In this document: positions 25,901-38,406 of the stretch, one piece after another
Numbering within the stretch: the first letter of the stretch is position 1
Layout: every line of letters starts with the position of its first letter
Assembly (NCBI GenBank): GCA_050273025.1
Contig: CP158635.1
Span: 8,742,001-8,806,000 of the forward strand
Source: Cenococcum geophilum
Lineage: Eukaryota
Length of the DNA: 64,000 bases
Direction of reading: 5' to 3'
Program-made: the position numbers and the translations under genes
The notes under the pieces: generated by a model
The model's database searches: none
The model's input: only the letters and a program-made list of their open reading frames with translations
Told to the model about the DNA's origin: nothing

Positions 25901-28900
25901 TGTTATCCATTTAAATGCCTTTATATAAAATATGCTCCTAGTATAAAGTCTAATATATCTATTTCTATAACCGTCTCTAGTCCTAGTTAATAGATTTTAA
26001 AAACTGGCTCCTAGGTAAACAACTCTTTAACTTTTTTAAAGAGTTCTCGCTATTCCTTTCTCTATACCTATAGTTTTTCTTTCTTTGTTAATCGTGTAAA
26101 TGGTTTAATATTCTTTAACCATTATACTATAAACCTTCTACAGTAATTGCAAAACCCTAAAAACAATCTTAATTGCGTAACATTTTCTAGTTCTTACCAA
26201 TTTACTATAGCCTTAATCTTCTTTAGATCTATGCTAAGTTAGCTTAGTTTAATAATAAATCTAACAAAATTAGTCTTCCTAGTAAAGAACTCACATTTCT
26301 TAATTACTACTAGCATTTATTCTTTCTGTAGTCTCTTTAAGACCCATTTAATATATTCTCCATACTCTTCCTTATTTATTAAGTAGATAATAATATTATT
26401 AAGGTATACTATAATAAATTCATCCAAATGTTCTCCTAACACATTATTAATTTGCTTTTAGAATATTGCTAGTGCGTTTATAAGCCCAAATTGCATAACT
26501 AATAGTTTATATAGCCCTTCCTTTAACCTAAAGGCTGCCTTCTATTTATCGCCTTCCTTAATCCTAATCTAATAGTACGCCTATCTCAGATCTATCTTTA
26601 TAAAGATTTGCGTATTACCTATCCTATCTTAGATCTCGCTAATTAAGAGTAAAGGATACTTATCCTTCCTAGTAATGCTGTTTAACTGTCTATAGTTAAT
26701 ACATAGCCTTAGTTTACTATTCTTCTTTAGTATAAATAGTACTAGATAACCCGCTAATAACTGCGATGGTTTAATATATCCCTTTTATAAGTTCTCTTAG
26801 ATAAACTCTTTTAGTACTCTACCTTCTTCTTTAGTAAGCTTATAAATTGGAAAAAACCTTAGACTTATTCCTGGTTCTAATTCTATTTTATAGTCCTATA
26901 CTATATACTCTAATAGCTTTTTACTCTTAGGTAACTATAGTTTCTTACCGTACTTATAGTATCTTTTTAGTACATAGCTTAGCCCTTTTTCCGTTTCTTT
27001 ATAGGTCGCTCCTACTTAGTACTATACCAACTTAGCTTATTATCGCATCTTACGGCGTTATATATCTCTAATATCGACCTAACCTATAACCTAATTAATC
27101 TTTAGATTATATTCCTGTAACTAAGGCATTCCTAATACTGCCTTATTATTTCCCAATAGTAATATATTAAAAGACATCTCAACTTGTCTTCCTTTAATGG
27201 TTAACTAAATAGGTCCTATTTTAAGATTAATAATACCTCCTCCATAGGCTATCGGATCTCCTAAAATTATTACTAATAGGTAAGGACGTTCCTTCTATCT
27301 ATATAGTAACCCTATTCTTTTAACTACTATTAGTAAGATATAGTTCCTTATTGCTCTACTATCTATTAATACCTCAAACTATTAATCTTGCTATTTAACT
27401 TATAAATTTAGGTGTTGTTCTTAAATTCCTTTAAGGGTCTAAGGCTCTACCACTAGCTCCCTTTAGTCCCGTAGGCCTCTACTTTTCCCAACTACTAGCT
27501 GCTAGATCCTATTTATACTTAGTCCAACTTAGGCCAATACTTAGTTCGCTTTTTATCTTTAATATGCTATAGACAGGTATTCTCTAAACATTCCCACTAT
27601 TGTCGTCCATCTAGGCATTCTTCTATAAGGAATCTTCCTAGTTAAAGTATTAAGTCCCCTTATACTTAAACTTCTACTAAGTGCTAACCATACATGTACT
27701 TAGCGTTTTAATACTTTACCTCGTCCGTTATCCAATACATCCTTATTAGATACTTTTAATTTTTATCTTTTAGTGCTCTATACATATTGCACATATTATC
27801 CATATATGCTATCCACAATAGTATATAATGTACTTAATATCTTAGGTTAACTCTTAGTTTGTCTTTATCCTAGAGTTTAAACCTTTCTTATATTAATCTA
27901 AGTGTTACAACTTCGTTCGCGGGTACTAAAATTTGCCTTTTACTTCTCTAGTCCTCTAATTGCTCCTCTAAATCCTTTAATATTATAATTAAGGCCCCCT
28001 TAATATAAGTCATAGCCTTCTCTATAATCGGGTAGTCTTAGATAACTTTTTTCGTCTAACTATATATAGAAATCTTCCCACTTATCATTATATTATTACC
28101 TATACCACTTTTAGTACAGCTGCTTAAGTATATACGGCTCGTTCGTAAGAAAATATCTCTTTATTACTACGTTATAACAGCCTTTAGTGTGTCGTTTTTT
28201 AAGCCTAGTAGGAATCCCTAAATCCTCTTCTTATTCTAGTTCGGTAAGCTACTTAGCTCTTAGTATACCTACTCTAGGCCTATTAGTAATCCTTTATACT
28301 AGCGCTCTATCCCTTATATATCCTAATATGCTAGATCTCTTATCTAGTTTCTGTTTTTGCCATAAGGTAATTCTTCTTCTAAATTCCTCCATAGTTTCTT
28401 TTACGTCGCGTCTTATAAGTAAATCCTTAAAGTCTTCGTACTTCTTAATCTTAGTATTAACTTTTCGATCTTCAAGCTAAACACTATATTCCTCTAGTAA
28501 GTCTTCTAGGTCTATATATCTATCTCCTAATCTAATCGCTATTTGCGCTACAGATTCTCTAATCTATAAAGAAGCTCTTTACCTCTTACTTATAGGTGTT
28601 CTAATTTACGCTCCGAATTCTTAACCCCTTAAATTCTTTAATCCTAAGCTTACTTCTAACTTAAGCTTAGCTCTAGCCTTAGTCCAACTAGGCTTTACTA
28701 GTGTCCTTATCTTATCTTAAGAGTCCTAGATCTCACTTATCTCGTCTTAAAAATCTTATACCGTTAGGAATTCTTATCCTAAGCTTATTCGTATGTCTTT
28801 AAACTAAGCTACTACTCTGCTCTATCGGTTTCTATCTATTATAGGTCTTTAAGCTTACCTTATCTCGTCTTAAGAATCTTGGTTGTCTCTTATCTTATTA

Positions 28901-30990
28901 TAAGAATCTTAAGCCTTTGGCCTTTTGCCTTTATTAAGTGGTGAGCTAGTACTAGCAGTCGTCTGCTTGCTTAATTGTCCTTAAATATTACTCCTTCCGT
29001 CTTATAAAGCGATGGACGCCGTATCTAACGGTATTATAATGCCCGTTACTAAACTATACTCTATAGCGGTCTTAATCTCTGCTTCTATTACGTTATTAAG
29101 GTTTAGATACCCCCAGTTAGTTCCTTTACTATCCTCGTCACTGTTAATTAATAAGTACTCTAACTCTATTATCATTGTTGCTAATCGTTATCTATATATT
29201 GCTATAACATCTTAATCTAGCTTATAGAGTTAATCTTATTCTTTATCTAACTCTTTAGTTCCTTTAAGTCCTTTTAACTCTGGCTCTTATAGCCAATAGC
29301 TTGCGCTATACTTAGCGTCTTTATAAATTCGGTATACGTTGTTATAACAAAACGCAAAACTTTTAATTAAATACTCTCTTATTCCTCGCAGTATACTGTC
29401 GTCCCTCTATATATATATATCACATACTATTAGTCTAGTTCCCTTTATTATATAGTAACTCTAACTATCTTTATAATCCCTTGCGAAGTAACCCTATTTT
29501 CCGCAATTTATATAAGCTTCGTCTCTAAACTACTAACTTTATTATAGAGTCCGCCTAAACGTCTTCTGCTGTTAAGATTCCTAGTTTAGCCTTTACTCCC
29601 TAGTCCTATAATCACTAGATCCTTAACCTCTAGGTTTCCATAGTTTCTTACTCTATCTCTTATAGGCTTCTTTAGTACTACTTAGGTCTATTAGCTCTGC
29701 GCCATACTATAGTTTCTAACTTAGCTTTAGTCGTTGCGTACTCTGCGTCTTATACAACTATAGAACTCTATCCTAGCCTTTCTTAGCCTGTTCCCTTTAG
29801 AAGATCCTATTATTAATCTTAATCGCTTAATCTATTAATTCCCTTAGGGTATCCGCATCTTCTATTAGAATAATTGCGTCCTAGACTTTAGTCTTAAGTC
29901 CTTATTTATACTATACTATAAGCGCCTTATCGTTCCATTTAACTTATATTATAAGTATTTAAAACTATATTATATACTTAATTACTAAAGTTTACTATAT
30001 TAGGTCCTAAAGCTTTCTCTTTACTATAGTCGTTGCTTCTAGGTCCCTAAATATCTATATTAATCGTTCCGCGAATCCTACTTAGCTAAAAAACACAAAT
30101 TGTACCTCTTAATTTGCAGTAGTTATTCCGTTAGTCTATATTTCTATTAAGTAGGGTTTAAACCATTTAAGTGCCCGACCCGTTAGGAATAGTCCTACGT
30201 AAGCTATCTAGTCCATTATCATGGCTAACTTAGCCCCTTCTTATATAACTTTAAAATATATTTACATTAGAAATCCTTTAAGCTTTAATCTTTCTCCTAA
30301 GAATCGTTTAATTAATGGTAACTTAACCTTTGCTGCTCCAATTCCATTAAGTCTATTCTTAAGTACCATATTATTTTCTGTTAATCAATCCACTATTTTT
30401 TATAATTGTTTTACCGTCACAGGTTGCTGCAAGTCAGTGTCCGCTATACAAGTATCACCCCCTAACCTTAAAGTAGTTGCCGCCGTCAATAGCGTTATAG
30501 TAGCTGCTTTTAGTGGCATGTTGTTTAACTTCCTATATTTAATACCGTAACTGGGTAGTAATTATATAACGGAACCTTATAGCAGGAACTACAATAGGTT
30601 CTATTAATGGGCTAGGTGTATAGGAAATATAAAGATAGTAGTTAACAACGTATTAACAACTAGTGGAGTGGTTGCCTAATAGATTAACTCTAATTATATT
30701 CTAAGAATCACTATAAGGAAGGAACTATCTAGGTAGGGACTAAAGGTCCTTAAATACACAACCGTACTCCTATAAAATCCTTCTTGTATATAATATACGT
30801 CTTATACGCAAGGTACGTGAGTTCCTCTTATTCCTCTCGTTTAATACGTAGCATATCATATAACCTTAGTTACCATTCCTTGTTACATAGTTCTACCGGT
30901 TCCATCCTAGACCGTGCCTAAATCAACCAACTAGCTTCTTCCGACTCTTCTCCAAGTAGTCGTAACATTGTACTTAAAGCGTCCGTAATA
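22958..30990 (-). mobile_element. Full-length Ty3/gypsy (chromovirus-type) LTR retrotransposon, RIPped
   Basis: 426-bp LTRs at 22958-23383 and 30565-30990. TSD AGGAG. PPT next to 23384. gag from 30519 (LKGFL...YVGLFLTGRALKWF; Zn knuckle ~29500). pol at ~27500-24170 with protease LIDSRA, RT YLNNIIIY, RNase H, integrase and a chromodomain-like tail. Confidence 0.95.
23492..24142 (+). pseudogene. Antisense extra ORF of the gypsy element: Zn(II)2Cys6-like motif plus a putative coiled coil
   Basis: C-x2-C-x6-C-x13-C-x2-C-x8-C at ~23582-23692, with three Cys read as TAT/TAC (RIP products). It is followed by LLRLKKV.KKV.FKK.KL.K.GL.EL. Confidence 0.65.
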
Positions 30991-33399
30991 AGGAGAGAGA
31001 AAGGAGATACAAAGGCAACTAGGATCTTCTCTCTCTCTAAAGAAACTATTTTATATAAAGAAAGGAAGAGAGGCGCTCTTTTTATTTCTAACTAGGACAG
31101 AAATAGCTACTAAAAAGTGGCTAATAACAGCAGGATCCTTAAAAGGAGGTAGCTCCTATTAGGATTCTAGTAGATAAATATTAGGGAGTAAAAGAATGGG
31201 ATAAACTATAAATACGATGTAGATAGGCGGTAGGGTTTCTTAATTTCTTATAGTCTTTTCTATTCCCTCCAAACTACCTATTAGTTGTTGGCAACCTAGT
31301 ATTTTACTAGGGACCAGTAAACCCCTAGTCTAGAGGTTTATAAACTATTAGGATATAGCTACTAGTACATATTAAGCTGCCTAAAAGGATTTATATATAT
31401 AGAACTATAGCGCTATAGCCTAGAGGCTGCATGCGTAGTATTTTACGTAGAATAATACAACGGATATAAAAAAATAATAATAAAAAGCCGCCTACTCTAA
31501 ATATTAAGCTATAAGCCTAAGTAGGCTAGCTATTTTCTTTTTAAGATTATATTATAGCTTTTAGGTCCGTAATAAGGAAGGGGATATTATACTACCTTTT
31601 TCCGTTAACACGGAGGTAAATTTGCAAGATAGTTATAATATATGGCCCTATCTGTCTATTATACCTATAAATAGGAATTAGTTTAGGCAGTTCTTTAATA
31701 GGTATATTTAAAAGGTTAGCTAGCTTTACAATATACTAGGTATTTATTAAGGTAAAGTTATTTGCTCTAGAGTTAGCTAAAGTAGAAGTTAAAACTTAAT
31801 ATCTATTATAAAATAAGGTATAAGGGATAGTATAGCTTCTTCTACTAACTAGCCGACCTAGATTAATATATAATATATTAATCCCTTTTAACCCTAGAAA
31901 GGGGTCCTCCTCTAAGGTTCCTTTTTTTCTAACTTTATATTATCCTCCTAGATTAATAGAACCTCGTTTACTTTTATATTAGTTAGATAATACTTTATAT
32001 AGTAGCCTTTTTAACTATAAGAGAAGTAAGCGCCTTAATTGCTAAGGGCCTATATATAGGAGTTGCTATATATAGGCTAAGCATTCGCCAGACCTATAGT
32101 AGGACTAGCCGTATAGCTAGCTGCTAAATTAGCGGCGGGCTATATAGGTAGTACTATAGGGGTTACTAATTATACTAGGGTATTATAGGCTGTTCTTATA
32201 TTGTTTATAGTCTAATTTAAAGGGTTTCTAGCTTTATACTATTTAGCACATACCTTAATTTAGTAGAGGCCTTAGTTAATAGCCAAGCACTAGTTTATAA
32301 GTTCCTTTAACGTCTATACAATAGTAAAAACTAGTAGTATAGCTTACTATAGGTCTAGTATTAGATCTTCCGAGGGAATTTAGGCCTAGCTAGCTAGGTA
32401 CAGAAAGTGGGTCTAAAAGGCTAAGAAGCTCTCTATTGTTTTATATTTAAGCCATATATTCTATACTTTAAAGAGATCCTTATAAATAGAAGATAGGTAA
32501 GCAATTATATTTTTTTTAGAGAGGAAGGGATCTATTAAGTTCTATATATATTGCGGACATGGGTATATTTATATATCTCTACTAGTATAGCCAAAGACAT
32601 AGGCCATTTTAGCTTAAGTGGTAGGGAAGTAGTCCGTATTAACTTTAAGCTTATTCTATAATTAAAGCTTCTAGTTATTAAATATAGGATCGGTTCCGTT
32701 AGTAAGTAATAGTGGGTCTACGACCTTTACAGACTGCGATAATTCTAATGCTATATATTAGGCTAGGGCCTTAAGGACTATAGTAAGTCTCTAGGTGTCT
32801 AATAACTCTTTACTAGGTATAGAGGGTTCTCTAGCTTTAAGTAGCTCTTAAAGTTATTTAATTTTAGTATTAGCTACTATAAGCTCCACCTAGGAGTTTA
32901 AGTTAGTTGCTGTTATACTATTAGAGGTATTTAAGGGTTTTACGGCTGCTTTATCGGCTACTATGTTTCTTAGTATAGTAGTATAGTTATTAAGGTAACT
33001 TTTAGTAGGATTCTATAGGGGTTCTAGTCTATACGTATTCTATAGGTCTTATTATTCTTTTCTATTCTTTAAGTTCTGGTAATAGCCTTTAGGTTTGCTT
33101 CTATGTTCTATTCTTATTTATGGTCCTATAGATATATTTAAGTTCCTTCTTAGGAAGAAGAGTAGATAAGCTTTAGGTAATGTTAGCGACTTAGTTAATC
33201 AAGGCATAAGTATAGTAAAAGGGTCGCGCAAGCCTATATAATTAGATTGTCTATAAATAAGGATCCAAAGCTAGAAAAAGAAAAGGAGAAGAATAGTAGC
33301 GCTATGCGAAGTTTTATGCGATCTTTAGGTTACGTAAGCTTACGTAACTCTATGTCTACTATAATATCTACTATAATCTACCGTTTTCTACTAGCGCTG

Positions 33400-34700
33400 T
33401 AATAGCAGCTTTTTAGCTATTACGTTATATAAGAGTTATATAATGCGTCGGTTTTATATATAGAGAAGAATAAGACTTAAGTAATATTTAAGATTAATCC
33501 TAGTTAGGAAGCCAGCTAGAGCTTAATTAATAGTAAACTTATAAGCTTAGTAAAGAAGTACTAGAATATAGACAGCTCTACTAAACAGCTCTTAGTTAAA
33601 GTTAGCTTTATATATATTAAGGTAAACAATTAAGCTAGATCTACCGCTCGCTCTATTAATTATTCTATAATCGCCGCGTAGTTATTAGTATCCCTTAACC
33701 TGCTGATTCGGGTCCTACGTTATCGATAAAAATCTGGCCAATAGGAAGCTCTTGTTCGAGCCTCCGTGATGAGAATTGCAGTGACCTAAGGTTCTTCGTA
33801 CAGCTCGGTACGGTGTTCGTGCACGGTGCAGCTTGGCATTGCACCCCAGCGGGTTAAGGGATAGCTAGTAGCTATTATCTTCTTATAGAATATGCCTCTA
33901 AGTATATCGCAATCTAAATACTATAAGGTTAGTAATATTACTTATCCTCTAAACCCCTACCTAAAGGCTACTAAGCTCTAGCTAGAGCTATATAAAGAGT
34001 AGAAGTATAAAAAGAGGTGCTTAGGCTTTTCTTAATGCTAGATTTATTACTAAGTTAACTATAAGCTAATGAAGAAGGACCTTAAGGAGTAGGCATAGGC
34101 TATTAAAGATAGTTTAGCTACTATTCGCACGCCTTATAGTAAGCTATTAAAAAAGCTTTAAGATTGGAAAAAGGGAGGTAGTAAGAAGTCTTAACTTGCC
34201 TTTACTAAGTTATCTATACTTAATACTCCTGGCGTTGTTAATTAATTCTATATTAATCTAACTAGTAGGCAGTACGGGCATCTAGCTATACTACCGTTAG
34301 GGTAAAACCCAACTGTAAGATTATTACTTATAGCTCCTCTGCCTTATTTATAAGGCCTAAATCGCGTAGCTAATTTACGGGAGTATTTTAACTGGTAAGA
34401 ACTCTTAGTATAGGAAGACCTAGAGTAGGAGAGTAATCTTAAAGCTGCCTATTAAGTTGCTTATAAAAAGCGGTAGGACTTAAGGATTATTAGGGAATAA
34501 AAGCTAAATAAGGAGGGTAAGACGCTACTTAATATAATAATTAATAAGGGAGTACTAGAGGCAATTGCTAAATAGGTATATTAAGATATTAAAAACTAAA
34601 GGACTTTATAAGTTACTTAACTTTTTAATAGTATTAAGGATTTAAAGGAAGATAAGTAATAGATTTTTTGTACTAGTATAGCTCTGCTTAAGAGTTTAGG
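33400..34700 (+). pseudogene. Uncharacterised accessory ORF convergent with the Tc1 transposase; ends approximate
   Basis: Long frame broken only by RIP-type stops, with motifs C(W)....NYKL...DLKE(W)A.AI.D..AT..TP and LREYF.W...(W)...L.AAY. The frame continues across the MITE site. Confidence 0.55.
33692..33860. mobile_element. MITE (169 bp), same TIR family as 18457-18604
   Basis: TIRs CCCTTAACCTGCTG / CAGCGGGTTAAGGG flanked by AT. Shares internal GTTATCGATAA, GCCAAT, CTCCGTGA and GGTGTTC..GCACGG with the first MITE. Confidence 0.9.
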
Positions 34701-34845
34701 GTAAAATATAGATTTTACTAGTAAGAGTTCTATAATATAGTAGCCCAACTAAGGTAATATCTAACTCCTACTAAAAACACTATGCTAAGAATTATGAGAT
34801 TTAATTTAAATCTAACGACTTACTAACTCTTTTGTTAATCCTTCC

Positions 34846-35868
34846 TTATATATACCCGCTATAGCCAAAGTAGGCTTTAGCGCTATTACTCCTTCTACCT
34901 ATAGTATCTATATACTACTATAAGAAGTCTTTAAACTTATTACCCTAGAGCTCTAGCTTACTTCTTTATAATTTAAAATATTATTAAATATACTCCTTTA
35001 GCTTACTAAAGAACTCCTTGATTAGATTTAGATTAGGCGAATATATAAGCAGATAGATAAGCACTATACTTAGTAAAAAGAGACTTAATTCATCTTAAAT
35101 AGTAGAAGCTTATATTATCTATAATAACTACTAATCTTAGAGCTAGATAAAGATTATAGTATAATAAAAGGTAGTATTTAATCTAGTAATTATATTCTTC
35201 CGCGTTTGTTAAGCCGCTATATACTAATAATACTAGTATACCGTTAACAGTATACGCAGGTAGAATATTAAGTCGCTGCTTACCGCGATTATATAGAGTA
35301 TATAGAATTGGCGTCGTGCCTACCGGCGCCTAAGCCGAATTTTATATACCCGTCTTTAAATTGGTGCTAAATTTATCTATAAAGACAAGCTGCTTAACAG
35401 TAAACTGTAAGATATTAGCCTAATATTAATTGCGGTCCTCCTAACTCTGCTTTAAAGTAACGTAATAAGCCTTATATATAAGTAAGTTATTTCCTTATCT
35501 ATATTTAAAATATAGCTTATTAGCTTCCTACTCTAACCGGCGACTTTTAACTCTATAACAATTGTCTATAGGCTTACTATAACTCTAAAACTATTATATA
35601 TATACTAAGCCATCTTATTTAGATATAGATTTAGTGCCTTATTAAGTTAGTAAAGTAATATAATAATTATCTTAGAGCTTAGCGTCCTTCTTAGGCTAAA
35701 GTATACATAACTAAGCCTTATCCTTCCGTACCTCTCTAGTTTCTATTAAATTTATTAAATAGCTCTACAAGAGTACTTGGATTAAACTCTATACTATTAG
35801 TTAGTGGCGCTAGCGTTAATAAGGATTTCTAGGAAGATGTGTTGCTATTTATATATATAGGGCGCCAT
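34846..35868 (-). pseudogene. Tc1/mariner (IS630-like DDE) transposase, RIPped
   Basis: ATG at 35868. Motifs QLVFIDKF, APVGTTP, ILPAYTVNG, VVIIDNISF and YSPNLNLIKEFF correspond to FVDES / VMDNASF / YSPDLNPIEEFF. Confidence 0.85.
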
Positions 35869-35887
35869 ATTTAATAAAGGTAATAAT

Positions 35888-38406
35888 TATTACGGACCTT
35901 ATATCGGCAGTAGTACGACTACTAAAAAGAGATATGGATGGGTTGGTTAAGACAGTATAGGAGGCACTGGAACCGATTAAGCTATAAAACGAGGGGTAAC
36001 TAAGTTATATGGCTAGTTACGTTATAAGTTTAGAATGTAGAAATGTAGGAATATAGGAATGTAAGACGTACTAATATACTAACGTATTAACGTACTTAGT
36101 ATATTTCTTAGGCGCAGTATTATATATTTAAAGGACCATAATCCCTACCTAGATAGTTCTCTTCTTTATAGTAAATCTTAGAATATAATTAGAGTTAATC
36201 TATTAGGCAACTACTCTACTAGTTATTATTATATTGTTAACTTCTTATTTACTTATACACCTAGCCTATTAATAAGTCCACCGTAGTTCCTACTATATGG
36301 CTTTATTACACATTTACTACCTAGTTATAGTATTAATAAAGTTGAATAATATACCACTAAAAGCACTAGCTACGACGCCGTTAACAGTAGCAACTACTTT
36401 AAGATTAGGTAATAATACCAGTATAATAAACACTAACTTACAACTAGTTACCGTTAGACAGTTATAAGAAATGGTTAATTAATTAACAGATAATAATAGA
36501 ATACTTAAAGAAAGGATTAATGGGATTAGAGTAGCTAAGGTTAAGCCACTATCTATTAAGCGATTCTTAGGGGAGAAGTTAAAGCTTAAGGGATTTCTTA
36601 TATAGATGCACTTTAAGGTCGCATAAAAAGGAGGGAAGCTATTAATATCTATAGACTAAGTAGCCTACGCAGGATTGTTCTTAATAGGAAGGGCACTTAA
36701 ATAGTTTAAACCCTATCTTACGGAGATATAAGAGAACGGTATGGTAACTACTAATTAAGAAGTATAATATACGTTTGCTAGTTAGAAAGGGTTTATAAAA
36801 CAGTTAATATAGATATTTAGAGATTTAGAGGTAACTACTATAGTAGAACGAAAGCTTTAAAACCTAATATAATAAACTTTAGCAATTAAGTATACGACGT
36901 AGTTTTAAATATTAGCTATATAGGTTAAATAGAATAATAAGGCGCTTATAATACAGTATAAATAGGGACTTAAGGTAAAAGTCTAGGATGTAATTATCCT
37001 AATAGAAGATATAGAAACCCTAAGAGACCTAATTAATTAAGTAATTAAAATTAATAATAGGATCTACTAAAGGGAGCAGACTAAAAAAGGTTAGGATAAA
37101 GTTCTATAGTTATATAAGGCGTAGTATACGCAATAATAGAGTTAAAATTAGAAACTATAGTATAGCGCAGAACTAATAGACCTAAGCAGTACTAAAGAAT
37201 CTAGAAGATAAAATAGGCGACTATAGAAACCTAGGGGTTAAGGATTAAGTAATTATAGGACTAAGGAGTAAAGGCTAAACTAGGAATCTTAGTAGTAGAA
37301 AATATTTAGGCGGACTCTATAATAAGACAAATGGTTTAAGGAGGGAGCTTATATAAATTACGGAAAATAGGGTTATTTCGCTAGAAACTATAAAGATAGT
37401 TAAAGTAATTACGCGGTAAAGAGAACTAAACTAATAAACGGTATATATATAGAGGGATAATAATACACTATAAGAAATAAAAGAGTGTTTAATTAAGCAT
37501 TTTGCGTTTTGTTATAATAATATATACTAAATTTATAAGAACGCTAAGTATAGCGTAAGCTACTAGCTATAGGAGCTAAAAATTCTAGAGTTTAGAGGAA
37601 CTAATAAACCATTACATAGATTGGATATTAAAGACGATAAATTTAATATAGGCAAAATATTTACTAATAATAAGGCGATAAAGGTAGCTTACTAAGAGCA
37701 TATAGACCTTAAAATAGTTATATTAGAAGTAAAAACTAAAACCACTATAAAGTAAGGATTAGTAATGGAAATTATAACACTATTAGATATAGTATCTATT
37801 GCTTCGCGAGATAGAAGGAGAAATATCTAGTAAAAAGGATTAAGTAAGCAGATAATTGCTAGTACTAACTTACTACTTAATAAAGGCAAAAGGCCATAGG
37901 CTTAAGATTCTTAAGGCGAGATAAGAGACGCTTAAGATTCCTAAAATAGGATAAGATATGCTTAAGGACCTATAATAGATAATAATTAATAGAGTAGAGT
38001 AGTAGCTTAGTTTAAAAATACATAAATAAGTATAGGACAGAGTTTCCTAAAGGTATAAGATTCTTAAAGTAAGATAAGTAAGATTTAAAACTTTTAAGAC
38101 AAGATAAGAACACTATAGAAGCCTAGTTAGACTAAGGCTAGAGTATAGCTTAAGAAAGAAGCAAGCTTAGGATTAAGAATTCTATAGAACTAAGATTTTA
38201 AGACATAAATAAGAACTATTAAAGAAAGTAAAGATAAGATTATAAAGTAAGAGGACTTTAAGGATCTACTTACGAGATAAGATATAAAAGAAACTATAGA
38301 AGAGTTTAGATAAAGAATCCTCGTATAATAAGAATATAAGCTAGAATAAAGATCTAGTATACTAAAACGTATAAAGAATAGAGTATTTATATAAAGAGTT
38401 ACTAAT
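35888..38406 (+). mobile_element. 5' fragment (LTR 35888-36310 plus gag) of a gypsy related to 22958-30990
   Basis: Colinear with the reverse complement of 28280-30990, with a diverged first half of the LTR. It stops abruptly at ACTAAT|TGTT. Confidence 0.85.

Larger units (their letters stand above)
19030..31160 (+). pseudogene. LINE ORF2: APE endonuclease, RT, RNase H; interrupted by 22958-30990
   Basis: APE: DIILV(Q)EP, IGDYNLH, SIIDL. RT: KAPGPD, YRPISLLNCLGKILEK, FLDVKGAFD, SYIDDF (~21262). RNase H: YIDGSK, AELYAV, WVPSH, ADKLAKEG (22200-22620). Confidence 0.9.
16756..31484 (+). mobile_element. Tad1-like LINE (non-LTR retrotransposon), RIPped, with nested MITE and gypsy
   Basis: 12-bp TSD AAGCCGCCTACT at 16744-16755 and 31485-31496. 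3' A/TAA tail. ORF1 and ORF2 in order. Confidence 0.92.
645..33363 (-). mobile_element. Host Ty3/gypsy retrotransposon (RIPped, 3' half missing), in pieces 645-1568, 9640-9801, 16318-16755, 31497-33363
   Basis: RT motifs at 650-1200 (FIKLNI..., YKYKVLLF, TAYLDNIIIYS, NFY.RFIKNYS). Protease-like LANSRAN at ~31770 and gag/Zn knuckle at ~32070-33150. Possible 5' LTR at ~33211-33363 (TATAGT...ACTATA, read as RIPped TGTAGT...ACTACA). The pieces rejoin across the TSDs of the nested elements. Confidence 0.75.
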
